Part shown: positions 47,792 to 55,465 of the stretch, piece after piece
Layout of the letters: the number at the start of each line of letters is the position of its first letter
How positions within the stretch are numbered: the stretch's first letter is position 1
NCBI GenBank assembly: GCA_051648545.1
Contig: JBOFFI010000035.1
Location: forward strand, 82,682 to 146,681
Reading direction: 5' to 3'
Origin: Alphaproteobacteria bacterium
GTDB lineage: Bacteria; Pseudomonadota; Alphaproteobacteria; Holosporales; JBOFFI01
DNA length: 64,000 bases
Position numbers and translations under genes: made by a program
The notes under the pieces: model-generated
What the model saw: the letters and a program-made list of their open reading frames with translations, nothing else
Told to the model about the DNA's origin: nothing
The model's database searches: none

Positions 47792-48067
47792 CTATTCATG
47801 GGCTGAGATCGTGACAATTCTGTCAAATAAACGCTCAGAAAAACCTTGAAAAACCTTCCCCATAAAAGGAAACAGAAGTAGAAGCGCAAAAAAAATGCTG
47901 AGAATTTTAGGAACAAAGGTGAGGGTCATTTCTTGGATTTGGGTCAAAGCCTGAATAAGAGAGATGACAAGCCCCACAACCAAAGCAGTCACCAAAATAG
48001 GACCTGCTAAAACAAGGGTCACCCAAAGGGCATCCCGTGCAATATCTAGAACATCTGTACCATTCAC
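47792..48067 (-). CDS. fliQ: Flagellar export gate protein FliQ
   Basis: 91 aa, two TMs; LVVGLVISLIQALTQIQEMTLTFVPKI signature. Confidence 0.85.
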   Translation of the reverse strand: MNGTDVLDIARDALWVTLVLAGPILVTALVVGLVISLIQALTQIQEMTLTFVPKILSIFFALLLLFPFMGKVFQGFSERLFDRIVTISAHE

Positions 48068-48265
48068 AGGGAGGCTCCCTCTGTTGTTATTACTTTTTTA
48101 TCCTGGAAGAAATTAGCCCTTAAAAGCTTAAAAAAAAAATTAATTTCCTAAGGCTTATTTTTTTTAGATGGAAATCTTGACATTTCTGTGAATTCCTTAT
48201 AGGAAGGTAGAGGTGAATTTAGCGTTCTTCTACGTTAGCGTTGGGAAAAGGATAGGTTATTAATC

Positions 48266-48787
48266 ATGATTGCAGTGATCGAAACAGGCGGAAAGCAATA
48301 TACCGTTTCAAAAGGCCAGAAGCTTGTTGTTGAAAAGCTTGAGGCTGCGCCGGGGGAGCAAATTCGTTTTTCGAAAGTTTTGCTATTGAAAGGCCAGCAG
48401 GGAGATATCCAGGTTGGAGCCCCTACTATTGAAGGTGCTACAGTGGTTGCTGAATTAATTCGGCAAACTCGCGGTGATAAGGTGATTGTTTTTAAGAAAA
48501 AACGGCGCCACAACTATCGTCGTAAAAAAGGGCATCGTCAGGATTTGAGCCTTCTTCAGGTATGTCATATAGGGCTTCCCGGTGAAGCGGTTCCTTCATC
48601 TTTTGTTTTGGAAGCCGCATCTGTCTCAGACTATGAAAAAAAGCAGGCCTCTGAAAAAGCCAAACCAGTGGCTGAAAAGCCCGTGAAAAAAGTGGAAGCA
48701 GCAGAAGCAGCTCCTGCGAAAAAGAAAGCAAGTGTTTCTAAAAAAGCGTCTGTGGATGAAACTTCAGATGCACCACAGAAGGAGTAA
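48266..48787 (+). CDS. rplU: 50S ribosomal protein L21 with about 70-aa Lys/Ala/Glu-rich C-terminal extension
   Basis: MIAVIETGGKQYTVSKGQKL..KKRRHNYRRKKGHRQ core, then low-complexity tail EKAKPVAEKPVKKVEAAEAAPAKKKASVSKK. Confidence 0.9.
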   Translation: MIAVIETGGKQYTVSKGQKLVVEKLEAAPGEQIRFSKVLLLKGQQGDIQVGAPTIEGATVVAELIRQTRGDKVIVFKKKRRHNYRRKKGHRQDLSLLQVCHIGLPGEAVPSSFVLEAASVSDYEKKQASEKAKPVAEKPVKKVEAAEAAPAKKKASVSKKASVDETSDAPQKE

Positions 48788-48794
48788 CTAGCAG

Positions 48795-49058
48795 ATGGCA
48801 CAAAAAAAAGGTGGTGGAAGTACCCGAAATGGTCGTGATTCTGCGGGCCGACGCTTAGGCGTAAAAAAATTTGGTGGAGAAGTGGTTGCGCCTGGTAACA
48901 TCGTTGTTCGCCAGCGGGGAACAAAATTCTATCCTGGCCTCAATGTAGGCATGGGACGGGATCATACTCTGTTTGCGCTTGTGGAAGGGAAAGTTGCGTT
49001 TTCTCAAAAAGCAGGTGGCAGAAAATTTGTTTCTGTTGAAATGGCAGAAACCGTATAG
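48795..49058 (+). CDS. rpmA: 50S ribosomal protein L27
   Basis: [44 protein letters not shown]. Confidence 0.95.
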   Translation: MAQKKGGGSTRNGRDSAGRRLGVKKFGGEVVAPGNIVVRQRGTKFYPGLNVGMGRDHTLFALVEGKVAFSQKAGGRKFVSVEMAETV

Positions 49059-49124
49059 AAGACTCCGCTCAGAATTTTTTTTTAAAGCAAGTTTTTTTTC
49101 CGAAGGTAGTGTAAGGAGATACGT

Positions 49125-49469
49125 GTGGTGAAGCAAGAGTGGGGATTTAAACGGGCATGCCAGGGGTGTAGTGCTCGCTTCTATGATTTGGCTAAATCTC
49201 CGATCGTTTGTCCTAAATGCAAAAGCGTCTTTGACCCCGAATTTTTTGTAAAAAGCAGGCGTTCTTCCAGAGCTTCTGCTGCTCAAGTTGTTTTAAAAGA
49301 TGCGGCAGATTCTCGTTTGTTTGATCCCCTTGCGGAAGATGATGGAATCGTTTTCCCTGTTGAAGAGGTGGAAATGGGAGACGATGTTCTGATTGAAGAC
49401 ACGTCTGACCTTGGTGGAGAAGATGAAGTCGTAGAAGTGATCGATCACCGAAACGAAGATAGCGCTTAA
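49125..49469 (+). CDS. TIGR02300 (FYDLN_acid) family zinc-ribbon protein
   Basis: GFKRACQGCSARFYDLAKSPIVCPKCKSVF followed by an acidic tail; GTG start. Confidence 0.75.
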   Translation: MVKQEWGFKRACQGCSARFYDLAKSPIVCPKCKSVFDPEFFVKSRRSSRASAAQVVLKDAADSRLFDPLAEDDGIVFPVEEVEMGDDVLIEDTSDLGGEDEVVEVIDHRNEDSA

Positions 49470-49581
49470 GATCATCCTCTTGGGTTTGCGAGAGGCAGGT
49501 TTAGAGAGTCTCGCGATGCAGCAGCGAAGATCGCTTGTTTCTCTTTATCTCGTACATTTTTCAAGTCATGCTTCTCAGTAT

Positions 49582-51588
49582 TTAAACCATTAAGCGGCGC
49601 TGTTGGATTTTGGAAAAAATAGCTTCCGTTGTAAAGCCAAAAAAAGAAAAAAGATCAGCGGCCGGTGCAGAAGCTCCGAAGGTTTCTAAGCCACAGATAA
49701 GACCTTCTCTGCCTACATAACGTTCCCACCCGAGGGTGCTACCAGCTTCAATAGCAACTCCAAACCCGTTGGCAGGGATATCCAGGAGGCGTGTTTTATA
49801 ATCAGGAGGTTGTTGCTCAAACAAACGCCAGCAAGGCATGGAGACAACCCTGGCGCCGCACTTCCCCTCTTGTTCCAGCTTTTCTGCCACGCGGCACGCA
49901 ATTTGAACCTCCGAGCCCGTTGCAAAAAGGGTCACTTCGTGGGGAAGGCTTGCTTCTCGAAGAATATAAGCCCCCTTTGCAGAAAGAAAGCCTTTTTGGG
50001 TGCGAAGGGTGGGCAAGCCTTGACGAGACAGGGCCAACAGTGAGGGGGTTCGAGACGATGTGATGGCCAACTCCCAGCATTCAGCCACTTCAACACTGTC
50101 CGCGGGCCTGAAGACATTCAGGTTCGGCATGGCGCGCAATGCCATGAGGTGCTCTACCGGTTGGTGGGTGGGGCCATCCTCTCCCAACCCAATGGAATCA
50201 TGGGTCATGACGTAAATGGACGGAAGCTCCATAAGGGCCGCCAAACGGATGGCGGGCCTGGCATAGTCTGAAAACGTTAAAAACGTTCCCCCGTAAGGGA
50301 TCAAGCCCCCATAAAGGGCAAGACCATTCACTGCCGCCGCCATGGCATGCTCGCGAATGCCGTAATGAATGTACCCTCCCTCAAATTGGCTGGGTGCAAC
50401 CACCTGCATGCCGCCAGCCAAGGTATTGTTAGAAGGCGTCAGATCTGCAGACCCCCCGATCAGCGTGGGTAAATGGGGAGCGATAGTGTCTAAAACCTGT
50501 TGAGAGGCTTGGCGCGTTGCCAGCGTCGGCTTTTGGGTCAACCACCCATCTATAAGGGTTTCGAGGGCGCCTTTCCAAGGAGTTTCTTCCCTTTGGGAGG
50601 GGTAAAGATATAGCTGTGCTTTTTGTTTGCGTGGTTCATCCAGTTGCTTATAGCGCTGCTCCCAAGCCTTGTAAGCCTGATCCCCTTTCGTCCCCACGTC
50701 GCGCCAGGCCTCTTGAATGGGTTCTGGAGTTTCGAAAGCAACCGAGGAAGTCCACCCCAGGGCAGCGCGCGTTGCTGCCACTTCTGTAACGCCTAGGGGA
50801 GAGCCGTGGGCCGCTGCCGTGCCTTGCTTATGGGGCGCGCCATACCCAATATGGGTTCGACAAGCAATGAGGGAGGGGAGGGGGGACTCTTGGGCAGAAC
50901 GAATAGCGTTGGCGATGGCCTCTGGATCATGGCCATCAATGGATTGAACCTGCCACCCGCAAGCCTCAAACCGCAAGGGGGTTGCTTCTGAGGTGGAAAG
51001 GTGCGTGGGGCCGTCAATGGTAATGTGGTTATCATCAAACAGTATGATAAGATTGTTTAGCTTTAAATGACCCGCCAGAGAAATCGCTTCTTGTGAAAGC
51101 CCCTCCATCAAGCACCCATCTCCCACAACCACGTAAGTGTAGTGGTTGAGCAGGTCTGGATCTTTCAACCTTGCGGAAACAAGCGCCTCGCCTAAGGCAA
51201 TGCCAACCCCGTGGGCAAGTCCTTGGGCCAGGGGGCCTGTGGTGATTTCAACGCCCGGGGTATGGCGAAATTCTGGGTGCCCTGGGGTGAGGCTATGGAG
51301 CTGTCGAAAAGCCTTCAGCTGATCCAACGTCATGGAAGGATAGCCTGTCAGATAGAGCAAGCCGTAAAGCAGCATAGAGCCATGCCCCGCCGATAAGATA
51401 AAGCGGTCACGGTTGGGCCATTCAGGATGCTGGGGAGAGAAACGAAGAAACTGCGTCCATAACACCGTTGCAACATCCGCCATCCCTAACGGCATCCCCG
51501 GATGTCCAGAGTTTGCTTGCTCCACAGCATCCATGGCCAAAATCCGCAGGGCGTTAGCCATGTCGCGCATAGAAGGAGACGAAGGCAT
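49582..51588 (-). CDS. tkt: Transketolase
   Basis: 668 aa; SGHPG, SAGHGSMLLY, GDGCLMEG, GLGEDGPTHQPVEH. Confidence 0.95.
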   Translation of the reverse strand: MPSSPSMRDMANALRILAMDAVEQANSGHPGMPLGMADVATVLWTQFLRFSPQHPEWPNRDRFILSAGHGSMLLYGLLYLTGYPSMTLDQLKAFRQLHSLTPGHPEFRHTPGVEITTGPLAQGLAHGVGIALGEALVSARLKDPDLLNHYTYVVVGDGCLMEGLSQEAISLAGHLKLNNLIILFDDNHITIDGPTHLSTSEATPLRFEACGWQVQSIDGHDPEAIANAIRSAQESPLPSLIACRTHIGYGAPHKQGTAAAHGSPLGVTEVAATRAALGWTSSVAFETPEPIQEAWRDVGTKGDQAYKAWEQRYKQLDEPRKQKAQLYLYPSQREETPWKGALETLIDGWLTQKPTLATRQASQQVLDTIAPHLPTLIGGSADLTPSNNTLAGGMQVVAPSQFEGGYIHYGIREHAMAAAVNGLALYGGLIPYGGTFLTFSDYARPAIRLAALMELPSIYVMTHDSIGLGEDGPTHQPVEHLMALRAMPNLNVFRPADSVEVAECWELAITSSRTPSLLALSRQGLPTLRTQKGFLSAKGAYILREASLPHEVTLFATGSEVQIACRVAEKLEQEGKCGARVVSMPCWRLFEQQPPDYKTRLLDIPANGFGVAIEAGSTLGWERYVGREGLICGLETFGASAPAADLFSFFGFTTEAIFSKIQQRRLMV

Positions 51589-51592
51589 TACG

Positions 51593-53125
51593 TTAATTTC
51601 CTTTCAAAGGGGAGGCAACCCCAGGTATCAGCTCTGGTATATCAGCCTCTTGGGGTTTAGGTAATGGGATAAGCTCTTGCTGCCACGCCATGTTTTGCAT
51701 ATCCCAGGAAAAAATTTGAGGGACTTGGTCTAGAGGATTCAGCTCCACCCATTCCCAAGCAGCATTCTTAGAAAAAAGAGGCGTGTCTTGCATCAAAAGA
51801 GAAAAAGCATAATTTCGATAAGTGATGCCAAAATAGCGCTGGAGGATAAGGGCTGGTATCAGTTCGGTCAAGTCTCTGAGAGTTTTGATAGGCTTTCCTC
51901 CAACTTCTAGGATATGAAGGAAATAAATATTATGTCCCCCAGGAAGGGGTGGAAACACATGGCTCAAGCTTGAACCTTGGCGAATATGGGTTAGCAGCAC
52001 TTCTCCTTTATTCGCCCCCAGCACCCGACGAGAAAATTCATCCGCTGCATAAAAAAGGCACCCTGCAAAAAACAGCATACGTTGAACGGTGCTGGCATGT
52101 AAATCATAGAGCTTAACAGAGACATCCTGGAGTTTTCCAGAACGCAGGAGGGTGATGCGAACTTCCGGCTCTTTAGCCTGATTCAAAAGCGCGTCCATCT
52201 TATAAAAAGAGGGGCCAACTTCTTCACCGTCCACCGCCAGAACCACATCTCCTGGAAAGAGAATTTCATGGGCAGGTGAATCTTGAAAAACGCTTTGGAC
52301 AACCAACAACTTCCCCAAGGAATCAGGATATTTTTTATAATAATCCGCCACAAACTCAGGGGAAAATTTAAAAACACGGGCCAGCTCATCAATAGATTTG
52401 TAAGCAACCAAAGCCCCTGTGCCTTTTCGAACGGGTAGCGATGCTTTTTTTAGATCCTCAAAAGCATCGCACGCGAACTCAATCGGAATCGCAAATCCAA
52501 AGCTATCCATATCAGATGAGTGAATAAGGCCAACTACGCGCCCTTTTTCATCACACAAAGGCGAGCCGCTTCCGCCTCCCCTCGTGTTGAGGCTGATGCG
52601 AATAGACTGAGTTGGGAAAACGCCAGAAGCATCATAAAGCGTGCTGATATGCCCTGTTTGTAAAGAAAAAGATTGGCCTGCGTTTTGCCCCAGAATAAAA
52701 ACGGAAGACCCTCTCACAGCACCCTTTGGATGAAGGGGTAGCGCTTGAATATCATGGGTTAAATGCTTGGGGTCAATTTTTAAAAAAGCGAAATCCTGCC
52801 AGGGATCATAATACAGCAAGTGTGCTTCTACCCGGCGCCCGTTATAAAATGTAACCTCAAAAGACCCGATAGCAGGGGCGCCCACAACGTGACGATTTGT
52901 AAGAATGATGCCCTTTTTTTGATCAACTAAAAAGCCGCTGCCGCAGATCTCCCCCGGGCTGCCATAGGCTGCGTATAAAAGCTTAGATGTAATGCTCACC
53001 ACGCTGGAACGCGCTTTTTCAACAACGTGCTGAGGAATTTCTTGATAAGCTTTTACCTGGAGAACCCCACCGGATAAAAAAACAACCGTTCCCAACCCAA
53101 CACAAATTTTCAAAAAAAATGACAC
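51593..53125 (-). CDS. Secreted trypsin-fold serine protease with PDZ domain(s), Nma111/DEG7-like
   Basis: Signal peptide; triad contexts GIILTNRHVVG (His), YDPWQDFAFLKIDP (Asp), GGGSGSPL (Ser); PDZ-like segment LLVVQSVFQDSPA..GDVVLAVDGEEV. Confidence 0.8.
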   Translation of the reverse strand: MSFFLKICVGLGTVVFLSGGVLQVKAYQEIPQHVVEKARSSVVSITSKLLYAAYGSPGEICGSGFLVDQKKGIILTNRHVVGAPAIGSFEVTFYNGRRVEAHLLYYDPWQDFAFLKIDPKHLTHDIQALPLHPKGAVRGSSVFILGQNAGQSFSLQTGHISTLYDASGVFPTQSIRISLNTRGGGSGSPLCDEKGRVVGLIHSSDMDSFGFAIPIEFACDAFEDLKKASLPVRKGTGALVAYKSIDELARVFKFSPEFVADYYKKYPDSLGKLLVVQSVFQDSPAHEILFPGDVVLAVDGEEVGPSFYKMDALLNQAKEPEVRITLLRSGKLQDVSVKLYDLHASTVQRMLFFAGCLFYAADEFSRRVLGANKGEVLLTHIRQGSSLSHVFPPLPGGHNIYFLHILEVGGKPIKTLRDLTELIPALILQRYFGITYRNYAFSLLMQDTPLFSKNAAWEWVELNPLDQVPQIFSWDMQNMAWQQELIPLPKPQEADIPELIPGVASPLKGN

Positions 53126-53431
53126 GCTAGACGACCTTGTTTTTATTGTTTCTAAACATCTAGAGCTGTTTTAGCACAAACGAAATGGGTTAGAAAGTGC
53201 AATGATAACCTGCACATTTTTTATAGTTGATGCAAAAAAGCAACTATATGATTTTATAAGCATTTGTTTTGATTGATTTTTTGAAATTAAAAGTTGTATT
53301 TTAGCAACTTAATTTGCTTAAATGCATTTTTTAAGGCGTAATAAGTTGCATTTTAGTTAAAGGTTCGTTAAATTTTTCTCAGTAGTAGGGTTTAGCTCAG
53401 TGAAGTAAATCGTTTTAAAAGCTAAAAAAAT

Positions 53432-53462
53432 GTTTAAAAACAACAAGATGTTGTTTTTAAAC
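53432..53462. promoter_or_regulatory. Perfect 14-bp inverted repeat upstream of the porin gene
   Basis: GTTTAAAAACAACA-aga-TGTTGTTTTTAAAC, arms 53432-53445 and 53449-53462, ending 44 nt before ATG 53507; operator or 5'-UTR hairpin. Confidence 0.35.
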
Positions 53463-53506
53463 ACCTCGCCCTCATGGTTATAATATTTTTAATATAGGTT
53501 GATTTA

Positions 53507-54217
53507 ATGATGAAAAAAATTTCATACGCGCTTGTGGGTGCAACACTTTTAACATCTGCAGCAATGGCTTCAGACATGACCCCGATGCCTGCTCTTTCTC
53601 CTAAATGTAATTTCTCAGGCTTTTATTCAGGTCTGACCTTTGGTCATGCTTCCGGGCATTCAAGCTTAAAAGTTGATCCTGTAAAGCTTGATCTTGCTCT
53701 TAAAGGCATGAATGGTGGTGTCTTTCTTGGGTATGGTAAAGAGCTTGGCACAAGCCGTGTTTACCTTGGCCTTGAAGCAGCTTACCTGATGTCTGGCGAA
53801 AAAATGGAAGCAAAATTTGATTTGCCAGCAACCGCAGCAGCACCAGTATCAGGAGAAGCAAAAGCCTCTTTTAAGAAAAAAAGCAGTTTAGAAGTTGCTG
53901 CCCGGATGGGTATCGCCATGAACAATGCCATGCCTTATATCAAAGCTGGTATCGTGAATAGCCAGTTTCAATTGAAAGGTAGCGTCGCTCCTTCTGTTGC
54001 TGCTGGTGCTCCGCTTGTTCCTGTTGCTTTCAGTGAAAAAATGCGCCTTAACGGTTTGGTAGTGGGTGCAGGGATTGACCTCAAAGTCTCTCGCAACATG
54101 ATGATGGGTCTTGGGTATACCTACACCACTTACAAAGCTTTTGAAAAGAATGCCAACGTTAAAAATCTTAAACCCGTTTCCCATAACGTGATGTTCCGTC
54201 TTGGCTATGCTTTCTAA
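53507..54217 (+). CDS. Outer-membrane beta-barrel protein (Omp25/OmpA-like small porin family)
   Basis: Signal peptide MMKKISYALVGATLLTSAAMA; alternating amphipathic strands; C-terminal FRLGYAF ending in Phe. Confidence 0.75.
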   Translation: MMKKISYALVGATLLTSAAMASDMTPMPALSPKCNFSGFYSGLTFGHASGHSSLKVDPVKLDLALKGMNGGVFLGYGKELGTSRVYLGLEAAYLMSGEKMEAKFDLPATAAAPVSGEAKASFKKKSSLEVAARMGIAMNNAMPYIKAGIVNSQFQLKGSVAPSVAAGAPLVPVAFSEKMRLNGLVVGAGIDLKVSRNMMMGLGYTYTTYKAFEKNANVKNLKPVSHNVMFRLGYAF

Positions 54218-54247
54218 TTTCGGGAGAAATTTGAAGCTGAATTAAGC

Positions 54248-54286
54248 AAAAAAAGACTCTTATCTCTTGAGGTAAGAGTCTTTTTT
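54248..54286. terminator. Bidirectional rho-independent terminator between convergent porin gene and thyX
   Basis: A-tract, perfect 10-bp stem AAGACTCTTA (54253-54262) / TAAGAGTCTT (54273-54282), T-tract. Confidence 0.65.
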
Positions 54287-54293
54287 CATAGCG

Positions 54294-55220
54294 TCAATCG
54301 AGAACAACACCCAAGGCGTGACACATCTCGTTCCATTCCCGCAGGCTCATAGCTGTTTCTTGGCGCTTTACCTGCTCACCCCGTATCAGTCGCTGAACCA
54401 CGTCCAGAGCACTTGCTGAAAAAGAAACAGCGTTGACGCGATAGTCCAGAAAAGCCTCATAGGCAAAAGGAACCCAAGATGCCAAAATGTCAAGCAATAC
54501 CTTGGCGTAGGCTTGGATTTCATACTGGGCGTGGGGGTCTGCCCGCAAGGCCAAAAAATGCATCAGATTATGCAAATCTACCTTCCAATACCATTGGGTA
54601 TAATAATTTAAGGTAAGGTTCATGCGAGCCAGTTCTCGGGCGAGACAATCTCGCTCAGGGTCTATAAGCTCTCCTGCTTCAGTCTGGTTTAACAGCAAAG
54701 CGTAGGTGTCATAAGCTTGTTCTGCATCCCGCCGCAAAAGACGAGTGACTTCGGCACTCTGCTCAGAGGTTAACATTTCCCCGCGCCCTTGGCGGTTATG
54801 GGTTGCCTGGGCTGCGATATGCTCAGGTTGGGGAATGTAAAACTCTTTATCCATAATCGAATAGCGCGCGGAATATTCATTGACATTAGCCGTTCGGTGA
54901 CGAATCCACTGGCGCGCAATAAAAATAGGTAATTTAATATGAAATTTGATTTCACACATCTCAAACGGGGTAGTATGGCGATGCCTGAGGAGGTAGCGAA
55001 TGAGACCTCTGTCTTCGTGGATTTTTTTTGTCCCCTTGCCATAAGAAACTCGCGCGGCTTGCACAATAGAAGCGTCTCCTCCCATATAATCCACAACTCG
55101 GATAAACCCATGATCCAAAACAGGAAAAAGTTTTTCTAAAATATCTTCAAGGGCAGGAACCGTTAAACGCGCAGTTTTAGAAAAAATTTCATCCGCACAA
55201 AGCGAAGGCGAAGGGGACAT
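54294..55220 (-). CDS. thyX: FAD-dependent thymidylate synthase ThyX
   Basis: [10 protein letters not shown] and ThyX signature region [17 protein letters not shown]; start ATG 55220, because the ORF-track start 55370 runs through tRNA-Arg. Confidence 0.9.
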   Translation of the reverse strand: MSPSPSLCADEIFSKTARLTVPALEDILEKLFPVLDHGFIRVVDYMGGDASIVQAARVSYGKGTKKIHEDRGLIRYLLRHRHTTPFEMCEIKFHIKLPIFIARQWIRHRTANVNEYSARYSIMDKEFYIPQPEHIAAQATHNRQGRGEMLTSEQSAEVTRLLRRDAEQAYDTYALLLNQTEAGELIDPERDCLARELARMNLTLNYYTQWYWKVDLHNLMHFLALRADPHAQYEIQAYAKVLLDILASWVPFAYEAFLDYRVNAVSFSASALDVVQRLIRGEQVKRQETAMSLREWNEMCHALGVVLD

Positions 55221-55249
55221 AGGATACTTCCTAAAAGCAGACAGAATTT

Positions 55250-55326
55250 TGGCGCGCCCGAGAAGATTCGAACTCCTAACCCCCAGATCCGTAGTCTGGT
55301 GCTCTATCCAATTGAGCCACGGGCGC
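55250..55326 (-). tRNA. tRNA-Arg (anticodon ACG)
   Basis: Reverse complement folds as a cloverleaf: acceptor GCGCCCG/CGGGCGC, D-arm GCTC-AATTGGATA-GAGC, anticodon stem CCAGA/TCTGG with loop CTACGGA, T-loop TTCGAAT, encoded CCA. Confidence 0.9.
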
Positions 55327-55427
55327 CGCGAATGTCTTACTAACCTACGATAATGCGCCCTAAAATTCAAGGCCGTTTTTTTGAAAATCTAAAAACGCTG
55401 GTTAATGCCTTGAGCAACGTTAGCATT

Positions 55428-55450
55428 GGGGGGCGGATAGCCCCCCTTTT
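55428..55450 (+). terminator. GC hairpin plus T-tract (terminator-like, plus-strand polarity)
   Basis: GGGGGGC-ggata-GCCCCCC-TTTT; lies between tRNA-Arg and the 3' end of the repeat-protein gene, both on the minus strand, so its polarity is unexplained. Confidence 0.3.
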
Positions 55451-55465
55451 GGCTAAAGTCTCAAA

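Noticed and set aside
55221-55370. N-terminal 50-aa extension of the thyX ORF
   Set aside because: The extension runs straight through tRNA-Arg(ACG) at 55250-55326. ThyX homology begins after Met at 55220.
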